A stretch of 64,000 bases of DNA from an uncultured Acidimicrobiia bacterium (lineage in GTDB: Bacteria > Acidobacteriota > Terriglobia > Versatilivoradales > Versatilivoraceae). Where the stretch lies: the NCBI GenBank assembly GCA_963786955.1, contig CAWBAT010000004.1:648495-712494 (forward strand), in the 5' to 3' direction. The notes under the pieces are model-generated. The model made no database searches and was not told where the DNA came from. It worked only from the letters and a program-made list of their open reading frames with translations. Each line of letters starts with the position of its first letter. The first letter of the stretch is position 1. The translations under genes and the position numbers were made by a program. Positions 1-9,212 of this stretch are shown piece after piece.

Positions 1-857
1 GCAGGGGAAACTTCCAATCCCGAGGTGTCTGACGCGATTAGGATGGCCCCTTTTTGTTCCACCAGCCACTTGGCTGCCTCCAGATTGATTCCGGCCGAAT
101 CATGGGCAAGCAATTTGTCATGGTCGCTTCCTGTCTCCCCCCAATATCGAAGGGTCCCGGTCCGAATGAAAACGGCATCTCCGGGCTGAATATCCACCTT
201 TTCCCATTCCAGTGTTTTCTTGAGATCTTCAATAGTGATTGCATAGTGCGCTTCCAATGCATCGACCTTGTGAAAGCCCGCCACATCAACCAAAATACCT
301 CGCACAACAATCGGTGGGATGGTCGTCACATCCGTCTTCCGAATGCCCCAGTTACCGCCCCAATCCGCTTCTTTAAAACCGTTATACCAATGATTGTCAT
401 CTCCCGTTGTGATGTGACCGAGACCATCAATTTGTGTGGCCACGTTGTCACTGATGAATAGCGCACAGCTGTGCCAGCCGATTCCTGCCTTGTTGACATT
501 CGGAAGGACGAATTCTAAATCCTTTTGCCTCTTCACACCTTCCGGGGAGCGAAAAGTCATTATTTCAGCAGGTGAATGTCCAGGCCATTTGAAAGATGTC
601 CTGTCATAGGTAATCCCCAAATCGTACATCTTCCCTTGCTTGACGAGGCTAACAGCCTTTAAGCTCATTTCCGGCGTCATCGCATTTAGGGATCCGACTT
701 CATCTTCTTGGCCCCAGATCCAACCCCATCCCTGGCCTTTCTTCCAGCCTTTTACTTGTGCCTCCAGTGGCGCAGTTGATGAAAGCAAGAACATTCCACA
801 AAACAGAAGAAGGCAGCCCGCCTTCGTTGGAAGACTTCTTCTTAAACAGCAAATCAT
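1..857 (-). CDS. Cyclase-family (kynurenine formamidase-like) protein with an N-terminal signal peptide; the 3' end lies beyond the window start
   Basis: Open minus-strand frame runs from the ATG at 857 to position 1 with no stop, so it is absent from the supplied ORF track. An AAGGAGG Shine-Dalgarno precedes the ATG. The N-terminus reads MICCLRRSLPTKAGCLLLFCGMFLLSSTAPLEAQ (signal-like). The ...FIRTGTLRYWG... segment resembles the cyclase / kynurenine formamidase fold. The family call is from memory. Confidence 0.5.
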   Translation of the reverse strand, partial: MICCLRRSLPTKAGCLLLFCGMFLLSSTAPLEAQVKGWKKGQGWGWIWGQEDEVGSLNAMTPEMSLKAVSLVKQGKMYDLGITYDRTSFKWPGHSPAEIMTFRSPEGVKRQKDLEFVLPNVNKAGIGWHSCALFISDNVATQIDGLGHITTGDDNHWYNGFKEADWGGNWGIRKTDVTTIPPIVVRGILVDVAGFHKVDALEAHYAITIEDLKKTLEWEKVDIQPGDAVFIRTGTLRYWGETGSDHDKLLAHDSAGINLEAAKWLVEQKGAILIASDTSGLEVSP

Positions 858-1385
858 ATGTCCTCCTTCAGAATTAAGATTTGACTTGGGTATTCTTTGC
901 ACGGGAATTGTGGACGACACCTGACAGGATTTGCAAGCTCTCTATTGCTTCCTAAGAGTTTCTCTGAGAATCACTCTAACTAGACCAACAACTCGCGACA
1001 CTTCACTACGCCTCAAGATACGAGAGGGAAGGTCTGGGACTGTGAATCAACCCTGTAGAGGAGACATCGATTATGTGTATAATATCCGCATGTAAAACTT
1101 GGATTCCTCATCACCAGGGAAGGTGCGAAAAGATTCCGCCGGGTCGGGGATGAAGCATTGAGAAGGCTTCATGCCTACAACATGATGGTAAGATCTTTGA
1201 AATCATTGTAGGCTTCAGGCTTTCTCAAAGCCTGAACCCCACGCGGCGTTTTCCAATTTTTTCACACCTTAAGAGGAACCAGGGGTAGAGTAAGTCTGAG
1301 AAATTTTGTTTGCCGGCTCAGGGCTTCAGCCCTGAAACAGTGGCTGTTCATGAGAATGACCCATCAATCGAAGGGAATATAAAAA

Positions 1386-2147
1386 ATGACAAGGGAAGAG
1401 AGACAGACTCTTGCAGACAGCGCGCCTCGCTGGATGTACGAATTTGATCTGGGCGACGGAATCAAAACACCGCTGCTGACTGAAGAACTTCGGTCTGTTC
1501 ACGAGACACGCGAAAAGGCGATCTTCCCCTTAATCGATCGCTTATACCCCAAAGGACTGGAACGGAGGCAGTGCCTGGATGTAGCCTGTAACGAAGGTTA
1601 TTTCTCACAATTGCTTTACCAACGCGGAGCTGCCGTCAAAGGGATCGACATCCGGGATCTCAACATCCAGAGGGCCAGAACGGTCCAGGAACTTTATCGT
1701 ATGGATTCTGAACGCCTTCGCTTTGAGGTTGCCGATTTCCTGCTGAATCAGGATACACCCGACAGCTATGAGGTGGTTCTCTTCCTAGGGTTGCTCTACC
1801 ATTTGGAAAACCCCATGGGAGCTCTTCGGATCCTTTACCGAATTACACGGACGATTGTAGTGATCGACACGCAACTGACGCGTCAGAACACACCCGTGAA
1901 GACGGGTTGGGGCCAGACTTCAGTCACTCTGGAGTTGCCTGCGAGTGTCGCTTTGCTACAGCAGGAAGACTCTGAAATAAACAACTTGGCTTCGTGGAAG
2001 AATTTAAGTTTTATTCCGAACGCGGCCGCGGTCAGGCAGATGCTTTTTGCAGCGGGCTTCTCGAGCGTCCTGCAGATCGCTGCTCCTCCCGGTTCAAACC
2101 CCCAATACTTGAACAACGACCGGGGGATTTTTGTTGCCTTCAAATAG
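1386..2147 (+). CDS. Class I SAM-dependent methyltransferase
   Basis: 253 aa. Motif I-like LDVACNEGYFS, then an acidic residue after beta-2 (GIDIRD) and LFLGLLYHLENP (motif III-like). Confidence 0.7.
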   Translation: MTREERQTLADSAPRWMYEFDLGDGIKTPLLTEELRSVHETREKAIFPLIDRLYPKGLERRQCLDVACNEGYFSQLLYQRGAAVKGIDIRDLNIQRARTVQELYRMDSERLRFEVADFLLNQDTPDSYEVVLFLGLLYHLENPMGALRILYRITRTIVVIDTQLTRQNTPVKTGWGQTSVTLELPASVALLQQEDSEINNLASWKNLSFIPNAAAVRQMLFAAGFSSVLQIAAPPGSNPQYLNNDRGIFVAFK

Positions 2148-2155
2148 GTCATTGG

Positions 2156-2938
2156 TCAAGCTGGCTTCTGTTCAACCAACGTAAAGACAGTCTGGTTGAA
2201 CCAGTAATTGTCGTAATGAATCTGGCACATCGGCTTAACCCTGCTCCGGATGAAATCTCCTCCGAATTCCCATACCACAGGATACTCTCCGAGTTCTCCA
2301 TGAAAACTGGGGGAAAGCTTGTGCACTACTTCGGCAGAAGGGCCTCTAAGAATTCTTTGACGAGTGATGCGATCATGAAGAACCGGCACCGTGTAGAAAT
2401 GGTAGCCTCCAGGCTTAAGCACCCTTTCAGCTTCTCTCAGTGCTTGTTTAAAATCGTAGACATGTTCCAGGGTTTCCGAGTGAATCACCAGATCAAAGGA
2501 ATTATCAGGAAATGTCAGTTGGCAAAAATCCAGATTGATTACTCGGTTAATTTCTTCGCCCATGGCTCTCTCGGAATCATAGGTGGTTTCCACCAAATTG
2601 GCCGCTCCGGACAGTGCAGCACTGAGATGATTCGTTTGGTTTAAATGGAGTACGCGCAGCTCACTTAAACGGGGACACACTTTTTTGATGCTCCACAGCA
2701 GCATTCTAACGCGCTTGGACATCTGGCAACCTTGACAGATATGTCCTTCTCGCACGTCAAACAAGCTCCTCTCCTTCCCAGTGAGTTCCCAGCTTGCCGC
2801 CAGCTCATTGGAGATGATCTTGCGTCTTTCAAAGCGTCGACCACCACAATGAACACAACCATTTCTGTCGATGCGGCAAAATAATAAGGCTGAACCCGGT
2901 CCTCGGAGATGACTGAGAAGTTGGGAGAGGCTGCCCAT
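2156..2938 (-). CDS. SAM-dependent methyltransferase (type 11-like) with an N-terminal Cys4 zinc ribbon
   Basis: 260 aa. N-terminal CVHCGG...CQGCQ pairs. DLVIHSETLEHVYDFKQALREAERVLKPGGYHFYTVP is typical of Methyltransf_11. Confidence 0.7.
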   Translation of the reverse strand: MGSLSQLLSHLRGPGSALLFCRIDRNGCVHCGGRRFERRKIISNELAASWELTGKERSLFDVREGHICQGCQMSKRVRMLLWSIKKVCPRLSELRVLHLNQTNHLSAALSGAANLVETTYDSERAMGEEINRVINLDFCQLTFPDNSFDLVIHSETLEHVYDFKQALREAERVLKPGGYHFYTVPVLHDRITRQRILRGPSAEVVHKLSPSFHGELGEYPVVWEFGGDFIRSRVKPMCQIHYDNYWFNQTVFTLVEQKPA

Positions 2939-3065
2939 AGCTGCTGCTCTCTAATGGATCCAAAGACAGAAATGTTATCTTGACGCTTGAAAAATTCTCT
3001 CCCGAGCGTTAGAGAATCTGGTTCCTCTCATGACAAATCAATCGTTGCGGATGGTGAATGGATAG

Positions 3066-4001
3066 TTATGGGTTGCGGGCAACGGGTTTGAAATACTCTT
3101 CATCAATCTGGACGTTCTGGCCGTTTCTCATTTCCTTTAAAAAGTTCTCGAATTTTTGGTTTCGCAGATCGGTATCAACCTCCTTGCGAACATCCTCGAG
3201 TTTAGGCTTCCTCCGGTCTTCAACTTTAACAATCTCATATCCCAGTGCCGTTGCTTGTACTTCGCTAATCGATCCGACCGGAATCGAAAAAATTAATTGT
3301 TCGAGAGGTGGTACGATCAGGTGGGTCTTGGTCCCTCTCCGGATGTAACCTAAGTCTCCGCCTTTTCCTGAAGACATGGGGTCTGAGGAATATTTAGCCG
3401 CTATTTCCTCGAAGTCTGCGCCTTCGAGAAGCTTCTTTCGTATTTCTTCTGCCTTGGCAAGCGCTTCTTCCTTGGTCGCAGGAGATTCCATCCCTGCTGT
3501 ACCACTGTTAGGAAGGCTAAAGGGCGCCTGGAATACGATCCTCCTGACCCGAGCTTCCTCATATTTGGTGATGTTGTCGTCCAGGAACTTTTGGGCTTCT
3601 TCTGCGGTTGCGGTCATTTCCTTTTGTAGTTCCTGTCGAACTGCATACATGAGGATACTGTCTCGCGCGATGTTAAGGCGTATTTTCACCTCCTCCCTCT
3701 CGTCGAGATGACGTTTTTCGGCTTCCTTTGTCAAAAGCTTGCTATTCAGGATGTATTCTGCAAGCTGCCTCTTTCCCTGCCCTGAATAAAACGAGCGCTG
3801 TTGAGGTGGAAAATTCTCTAACATTTTTTCAGTATCTCTGGCCGTGATTTTGAGATCGCCGATAACAATCACCACTTTGTCCGGAGGGGTGACGATTGGC
3901 GAATCTACTTTCCCTCCTGTCTGCGCGTGTAGCTGACAAGGGATCGTCCAGAAAAAAAGGCTCAACAATAGAAAAGAAAGTGCAAAGGATTTTGATGGCA
4001 A
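3066..4001 (-). CDS. Peptidyl-prolyl cis-trans isomerase, parvulin type (SurA/PpiD-like), secreted
   Basis: 311 aa. Signal peptide MPSKSFALSFLLLSLFFWTIPCQLHAQ. Parvulin signature SSDPMSSGKGGDLGYIRRG. Confidence 0.8.
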   Translation of the reverse strand: MPSKSFALSFLLLSLFFWTIPCQLHAQTGGKVDSPIVTPPDKVVIVIGDLKITARDTEKMLENFPPQQRSFYSGQGKRQLAEYILNSKLLTKEAEKRHLDEREEVKIRLNIARDSILMYAVRQELQKEMTATAEEAQKFLDDNITKYEEARVRRIVFQAPFSLPNSGTAGMESPATKEEALAKAEEIRKKLLEGADFEEIAAKYSSDPMSSGKGGDLGYIRRGTKTHLIVPPLEQLIFSIPVGSISEVQATALGYEIVKVEDRRKPKLEDVRKEVDTDLRNQKFENFLKEMRNGQNVQIDEEYFKPVARNP

Positions 4002-4145
4002 GAGGAACTCCTTTCAGCGAAAAAGACGTGTCCAAGATCGCAAGCGTAATATAACCGTTTGGCTATGAAATTAAAACCTACAAAATACAATCAGGGCGGG
4101 CTGTATTTCCCAGAATTGTTCGAACATTTTATGTTTATCCAATGC

Positions 4146-4470
4146 CATTCACCCCTCGACGAATCGAGGGGTGAATGAAATGTCCGTGCTTGAGAACGTG
4201 TCCTCCCCGGCTCAGCTTGGTGTTTGGACATCTGTGCAGGCCAGAGGCCCGCACCACAACCTTGTGGTGCAGGCGTCCCGCCTGCCTCAAGCGGCCTGAA
4301 AGGCCTATTCACGCCGTAGCCGAGGGCAACGCCCTCGGTGACGATTCCAAAATGTCCGGTGCCCTGTAAGGGCAACACAATCAGTAGCCGGCCGCGGTGA
4401 GGCCGGGCCGGCGTCACCGATCCCTGCTCCAACGAATGTCCGCGGCGGTCTCAGCGAGACCGCCCTACCT
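4146..4470 (-). repeat. Composite palindromic repeat element (MITE/BIME-like), in inverted orientation relative to the other copies
   Basis: Contains a 14-bp perfect stem (cattcacccctcga/tcgaggggtgaatg) and CCGAGGGCAACGCCCTCGG (8-bp stem, 3-nt loop). It shares the caggcgggacgcctgcaccacaa block with 11693-11748. The gcggcggtctcagcgagaccgcc hairpin followed by CCTACC is the reverse complement of units in the 7470-8030 array. Matches to copies at 11476, 14146 and 17560 were found by eye. Confidence 0.6.
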
Positions 4471-4650
4471 TACCCCTGGAGCTCTCTTTAGCCAAGGGAA
4501 ACACTCGAAGAACAACACCGAAACCAATTCTTGCACACCTTCACGCCGCCCCGAAGACTAACCGAGTGCCTTTCTTAGTGGCATCCAACAGTTTGTGGCC
4601 TATAATTAGATTAATATTTCGATTTAAGCTTGATTCATTAGGAGGTCGAA

Positions 4651-7452
4651 ATGGGAAGATCCTCTCTAAAACCAAACTCTTCCCACGGAGCCTGCCGTAT
4701 CGGCGTGGGAACAAAGCTCTCAGTTCCTGGATTGCGACGGTGCTTCATGGCATCCCTGGGAGCACTGGTCTTCCAGTTCGCATTGATACAATCGCTCTTT
4801 GCCCAAACAATCTCCCAAGATTTGAGTACCTCCGTTGCAAATGTGAACTTTAACGGAGTGGCTGAACTGTTGGGGCCAGTCGCTCTCACTCGGAGCGCCA
4901 GTGGGGGAGCGACTCAAACGACCCAAGCCAGCACCCTCTATTTTCAATATCTGGAAGTTCCTATTAGCAATCTTTTCGCAGGGCAAGGCAGTGTCAACCC
5001 GGTCACAGGTATTTTTGCTGATTCGGGCGGGATCACGGTCACCGTGACCGGTGGATACATCAATGCGGGGGTCACGGTACAGGTGACCAACATTGGATCA
5101 GGAATCTCAACCAGCGGGATATTGGCCATTTCTCTTCCAGGCGGGCTGAATGTCTCCGCGGGGGATCAGATCAGGGTTAATGGGGTTAAGGGGAACGCTA
5201 AAGACATCGCGTTGGGCAGTAAAATCTCATGCTCCATCTCGGCTCTACCCGGGGGAAGCCATTCCTTCGTTATTAGCTCTGTCGGTACCGTCGGATTTGT
5301 TCAATATTTGACTCCAATACTCACTACAGCGTCACCGCTGCCTGATTCAATACTCTACATGACCTATTCGCAGACTCTCAAAGCTACAGGAGGGACTGCA
5401 CCCTACACTTTTACCCTCGATAGCGGCAAACTCCCGCCCGGGTGCCTCATCATGACGGGAACAGGGGAGATTAAGGGCTTCCCTGAAATCGGTGGAGCTT
5501 ACGTTTTCGTGGTAAAAGTAACAGACTCTCTCGGAGCGTCCGGGAAAAAAGAATATGTTATGAATGTGGTGGGTTTCACAACCTCACCTTTTGAGCTTAG
5601 CTTTGGAAATGTTCCTGTCGGCACCGCTTCAACATTGAAGCTCACAGCTACAAACACCGGGCCCACCAAACTGGACATCACTCTGGGTGTTACCAAGCCT
5701 GAGATCTTCCAGATTTCTCAGACAAGCTTAAGTCTTGAGGCCGGAAAGTCGGGAACATTCGCCGTCACTTTTAATCCTCTGAATCAATTATACGTGAATG
5801 CTAATGTCCTCCTCTCCATTCCAGGGCTCAACGCGGCTGTGAGCTTGAAAGGGCGAGGCACTTCCGGGCAGGGGAATTTGCAAACTTCCATCATTCCTGT
5901 TAATGGATCCACAGCCGGAGGCACTCGGGTGCATATCCGAGGACAGAATTTTAGGCCGGGTATCAACGCTCTCCTCGGAGGTGTGGCTCTTTCAGATCTA
6001 TCCCTCATCAGTGACACGGAGTTGGCCGGCACGACGGCACCACATCGGCCCGGCGCCATAGAACTCACCGTTATTAAGGCTGATGGGACAAGTAACACGC
6101 TGGCTAATGCGTTTACTTATAGAGATCTTCCAAAGGTTTCGGCTGCTCCCGGATCGCAGCGGATCCCCTTTGTCATAGACAATGACCAATTTCGGACCAA
6201 TTTGGGAGTCAATAATTTGGGAGACCAGATGGCCACGACAACGGTCACGCTGGTCGACTGCAGTGGCTTCTTGCTGGGACAGAAAATCCTCACGGTCCCC
6301 GCCAAAGGTTTGACCCAAGTCTCTCATATTGTCCGCTTTCTCGAAGACACCACCCAGATCACCGGACGTGAGGGGTATCTTCTTTTGGAGTCTGATCAAC
6401 CTGTTTTGGGTTGGGTATCTCAAATTGACAATTTGACATTGGACCCAAGCCTGCAAATTTCCGCATCCGAAACTGCTTCGCGAATCTTAATCCCCTCTTC
6501 TGTCTCAAATGGGCGATTCGCTACGAGCTTGCTCATCTTGAACAGCAGCCCTAGCGCTGGTCACGTGAATGTCCTGGCTCGCAATAGTGCCGGGTCTCTC
6601 CAAGTTTCACTTTCGAATTTAAATATTGCCAGCAACGGCTATCTGCTTTTTGAAGATTTCTATAAGACCGTTGGACTAAATAACGTTTCAGGTCCAATTG
6701 AAATAGTGGCTTTGGATGACATTCAAATCATGGCTAGCGCTCGGGTCTTTAGCACGGACCATACCGGAGCCTACCTCGCCGGAATTGCCCCGAGCAGGGC
6801 TTCCAAAGAACTTTTCTTGCCTTACTTTGTCAACAGCCTGGATTTTCGCACCAACCTTGTAGTGAACAATCCGGGGACAAAGTCTGCTACTGTAACCATT
6901 ACGCTCACTGACAAAGAGGGCGAGGCTCTCGGCTGCCAGATGGCCAACGTCCCTCCCAACGGCCTTGCACAGTTTAACGACATCATCCGTGCACTTATTG
7001 GAGGTTCTCAGAATGCCAACTTAGAAGGTTGGATTCGTCTGAATTCGGATCAGGAAATTTTTGGATGGACTTCACAGATCGATAATACAGTCCAAGATCC
7101 GAGTTTCGCCGAAGCAATCCTGTCAGGAAATTCGAGATGGCTGATCCCCTCGGCAGTGAAAGCCGGAACCTTCCAATCGACCTTGGTGGTGGTGAATCTG
7201 GATTCAGCGGATAATCAGGTTGAACTGCTAGCCAGGGATCCCGCGGGTAACGTGAGAAAGTCAGAAACGATTATGATCCCGGGAAATGGAATGATTACTC
7301 TTCCAGATGTCCTTGCACGGCTGGGACTCGAAGGCGTCTTCGGACCGCTGGAAGTTCGCTCAGCCAGCAACGGACGCCTGCTGGTGCAATCACGTGTTTA
7401 TACTGCTGCACGATATAGTGGAATATTCGAAGGGATTGCTCTGAACCCTTGA
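4651..7452 (+). CDS. Large secreted/surface multidomain protein with Ig-like (He_PIG-like), choice-of-anchor-D-like and IPT/TIG domains, plus four tandem copies of an uncharacterised ~130-aa C-terminal domain
   Basis: 933 aa. Strong SD AGGAGG lies 6 nt before the ATG at 4651. The N-terminus has an RR motif (GLRRCFM) followed by a hydrophobic core and AQT (signal, possibly Tat-like). An IPT/TIG-like segment reads GTRVHIRGQNFRPG...AFTYRD. The C-terminal half has the recurring signature FRTNLxVNN. The alternative start at 4747 cannot be excluded. Confidence 0.75.
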   Translation: MGRSSLKPNSSHGACRIGVGTKLSVPGLRRCFMASLGALVFQFALIQSLFAQTISQDLSTSVANVNFNGVAELLGPVALTRSASGGATQTTQASTLYFQYLEVPISNLFAGQGSVNPVTGIFADSGGITVTVTGGYINAGVTVQVTNIGSGISTSGILAISLPGGLNVSAGDQIRVNGVKGNAKDIALGSKISCSISALPGGSHSFVISSVGTVGFVQYLTPILTTASPLPDSILYMTYSQTLKATGGTAPYTFTLDSGKLPPGCLIMTGTGEIKGFPEIGGAYVFVVKVTDSLGASGKKEYVMNVVGFTTSPFELSFGNVPVGTASTLKLTATNTGPTKLDITLGVTKPEIFQISQTSLSLEAGKSGTFAVTFNPLNQLYVNANVLLSIPGLNAAVSLKGRGTSGQGNLQTSIIPVNGSTAGGTRVHIRGQNFRPGINALLGGVALSDLSLISDTELAGTTAPHRPGAIELTVIKADGTSNTLANAFTYRDLPKVSAAPGSQRIPFVIDNDQFRTNLGVNNLGDQMATTTVTLVDCSGFLLGQKILTVPAKGLTQVSHIVRFLEDTTQITGREGYLLLESDQPVLGWVSQIDNLTLDPSLQISASETASRILIPSSVSNGRFATSLLILNSSPSAGHVNVLARNSAGSLQVSLSNLNIASNGYLLFEDFYKTVGLNNVSGPIEIVALDDIQIMASARVFSTDHTGAYLAGIAPSRASKELFLPYFVNSLDFRTNLVVNNPGTKSATVTITLTDKEGEALGCQMANVPPNGLAQFNDIIRALIGGSQNANLEGWIRLNSDQEIFGWTSQIDNTVQDPSFAEAILSGNSRWLIPSAVKAGTFQSTLVVVNLDSADNQVELLARDPAGNVRKSETIMIPGNGMITLPDVLARLGLEGVFGPLEVRSASNGRLLVQSRVYTAARYSGIFEGIALNP

Positions 7453-7469
7453 GCTTCGAACTGCCGGCG

Positions 7470-8030
7470 AAGAGCAAACATTCGTTGTAGCCGGGGTCGT
7501 TGACCCCGGCCCCAGGCCGGCCTCACCGAGGCCGGCTACAGCTAAGAATAATTTTCGAGGTTTCACAACACATGGTAGGGCGGTCTCGTGAGACCGCCGC
7601 AAATGTTCGTTGTAGCCGGGGTCGTTGACCCCGGCCCCAGGCCGGCCTCACCGAGGCCGGGTACAGTTAAGAATAATTTTTGAGGTTTCACAACACATGG
7701 TAGGGCGGTCTCGTTGAGACCGCCGCAAATGTTCGTTGTAGCCGGGGTCATTGACCCCGGCCCCAGGCCGGCCTCACCGAGGCCGGCTACAGTTAAGAAT
7801 AATTTTTGAGGTTTCACAACACAAGGTAGGGCGGTCTCGCTGAGACCGCCGCAAATGTTCGTTGTAGCCGGGGTCGTTGACCCCGGCCCCAGGCCGGCCT
7901 CACCGAGGCCGGCTACAGTTAAGAATAATTTTTGAGGTTTCACAACACAAGGTAGGGCGGTCTCGCTGAGACCGCCGCGAACGTTCGTTGTAGGCCGGGT
8001 CACCGACCCGGCGCCAATCTTTCCAAATTT
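7470..8030. repeat. Tandem array of about 4.5 copies of a 126-128-bp unit, each carrying three GC-rich stem-loops
   Basis: Units begin at about 7479, 7605, 7733 and 7857, with a partial unit at 7983. Each contains tagCCGGGGTCgttGACCCCGG, GCCGGCCTCaccGAGGCCGGC and ggtagGGCGGTCTCgctGAGACCGCC, followed by AT-rich gttaagaataatttttgaggtttcacaacaca. The units are near-identical with no unique spacers, so this is not a CRISPR array. Confidence 0.85.
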
Positions 8031-8052
8031 CCTGCTCTGGAAGAGTTTACAA

Positions 8053-8898
8053 CTACTTTTTCGTTCCCTCAGCTGGGGGGATTTGATCCGCCGGCAAGAT
8101 AAAAGCTTTAAAATAGAGCTGAATCATCTCCTTGATCGGAAGAAACTCCACAACGAACGAGTGATCAATACGGCCTTTCAGTTTAGACGTATCCAACTCC
8201 ACAATCACTTCCCCTTTTTCATGCGGGTTGATCATCCGCTTTTCGGTTTTGTTTTTTAGGAAGTCGGCTCTGAGATAGATGTTTTCAACTTTGATAGGCT
8301 GAGATGAGAGATTCGTAAACGGAAACTTCAGAGTGATTGGGAGTCCTATGGGGACAGTCCCCAATTTGAGGTGATCTTGGTCAAACTTAACCTCTTTTCC
8401 TGCTGAGAGGCCCAGGAGGGGACCCGGGGCAGATTGCGGCGTCTTCGAATATTCTTCCATTTTTTGCGCAAGGCTTTGCGGAGGGTTTTCTATATCGCAG
8501 TACCAGTTTCCTTTCAGTAATCTCCATCGTGTGTAATTTGGCACTTCCATTCGGTACGGAAACTTGGCGGTACCCCCAGTGCTGATACTAGCCTCAACAG
8601 CGGCAGACGTGCCTTCCTCCTCCATCTTCACAACAATAATTCTAAACGCATCAACTGGATCCCGTTTTTGAGTCAAAAAGCGCTTCCTGGATTTCGGCAG
8701 TACAAGCTCTGCGGCCTTTTTGAGGTCGTTGCTTTTGATATCATTGTAATACTCCGTTACTCTTTGCTTGATTTTCTCGGCTTCAGGATTTGCCTGGATG
8801 GTGTCAGTAGCCTGTCCAAGAAACTCCGGAGCACTCAATAAATTCAAAAAGAGGAGTAGTAAAAAGCAGTAACCCATGCCTCCCTTGACAATAGCCAA
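8053..8898 (-). CDS. Secreted protein with a C-terminal DUF1573-like beta-sandwich domain
   Basis: Signal-like MAIVKGGMGYCFLLLLFLNLLSAPEFLGQA, reading from a TTG at 8898 that sits 7 nt after a GGAGG. The longer track ORF extends to 9141 without a signal peptide. The C-terminal segment LKLGTVPIGLPITLKFPFTNLSSQPIKVENIYL resembles DUF1573; the family call is from memory. Confidence 0.5.
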   Translation of the reverse strand: MAIVKGGMGYCFLLLLFLNLLSAPEFLGQATDTIQANPEAEKIKQRVTEYYNDIKSNDLKKAAELVLPKSRKRFLTQKRDPVDAFRIIVVKMEEEGTSAAVEASISTGGTAKFPYRMEVPNYTRWRLLKGNWYCDIENPPQSLAQKMEEYSKTPQSAPGPLLGLSAGKEVKFDQDHLKLGTVPIGLPITLKFPFTNLSSQPIKVENIYLRADFLKNKTEKRMINPHEKGEVIVELDTSKLKGRIDHSFVVEFLPIKEMIQLYFKAFILPADQIPPAEGTKK

Positions 8899-9212
8899 GA
8901 GATCCCCTCCTATTTTAGGAGGGGTCTGGGGCTGGTAATGGCCTGCCCGTACAAACTCAAACCCATTGGCCCCTCCTTTAACAGAATAGCGGCGTGCGAC
9001 CATTTCAAATCCATCGGAATATTTGGCGTTCCTGTTGATTACTTGCTGCTTTTCCAATATCCCTCCTTCGCGCGTGATAAAAACAATGTGACTGTATTTA
9101 TGAAACAGAGCAGTTAACCGCAAGACTGTTGATGATATCAAAAAAATGGGGTAGCCACCTTCGTAGCTACCCCATTAGAAGATACAAAGACTCAGACTAG
9201 ACTAACGACTCA

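Noticed and set aside
38-461. Track ORFs 38-310 (-) and 54-461 (+)
   Set aside because: A stop-free minus-strand frame spans 857 down to position 1 in a different frame. It has a signal peptide and cyclase-family similarity, and an AAGGAGG before its ATG. The two listed ORFs are short out-of-frame shadows.
640-924. Track ORF 640-924 (+)
   Set aside because: Antisense to the N-terminal signal-peptide region of the cyclase-family gene; no motif support.
1994-2644. 216-aa plus-strand ORF overlapping two methyltransferase genes
   Set aside because: Overlaps the 3' end of 1386-2147 and lies antisense to 2156-2938; low-complexity, Arg/Ser-rich shadow ORF.
4091-4432. ORFs 4091-4432 (-) and 4175-4369 (+), and 11303-11604 (+)
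   Set aside because: They lie entirely within palindromic repeat elements; Gly/Pro/Arg-rich translations typical of GC-rich repeats.
4590-4610. Possible sigma-70 -10 (TATAAT) and sigma-54 -24/-12 elements upstream of 4651
   Set aside because: TATAAT is present but the -35 match is poor (TGGCAT), and the GG-N10-GC spacing for sigma-54 is not satisfied; too weak to annotate.
7563-8003. 146-aa ORF with an internally repeated protein sequence (…GLSETALPCVVKPQKLFLTVAGLGEAGLGPGSTTPATTNICGG… x3)
   Set aside because: It is a translation of the tandem DNA repeat array; the periodic protein simply mirrors the 126-bp DNA unit. No start context.
7470-8030. CRISPR array hypothesis for the tandem repeats
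   Set aside because: Units are about 126 bp and essentially identical, with no interspersed unique spacers and no cas genes nearby.
9003-9141. Longer N-terminal extension of the 8053 gene (track start 9141)
   Set aside because: The extension lacks a signal peptide, while a TTG at 8898 with a well-spaced GGAGG yields a typical signal peptide. The longer form cannot be excluded.
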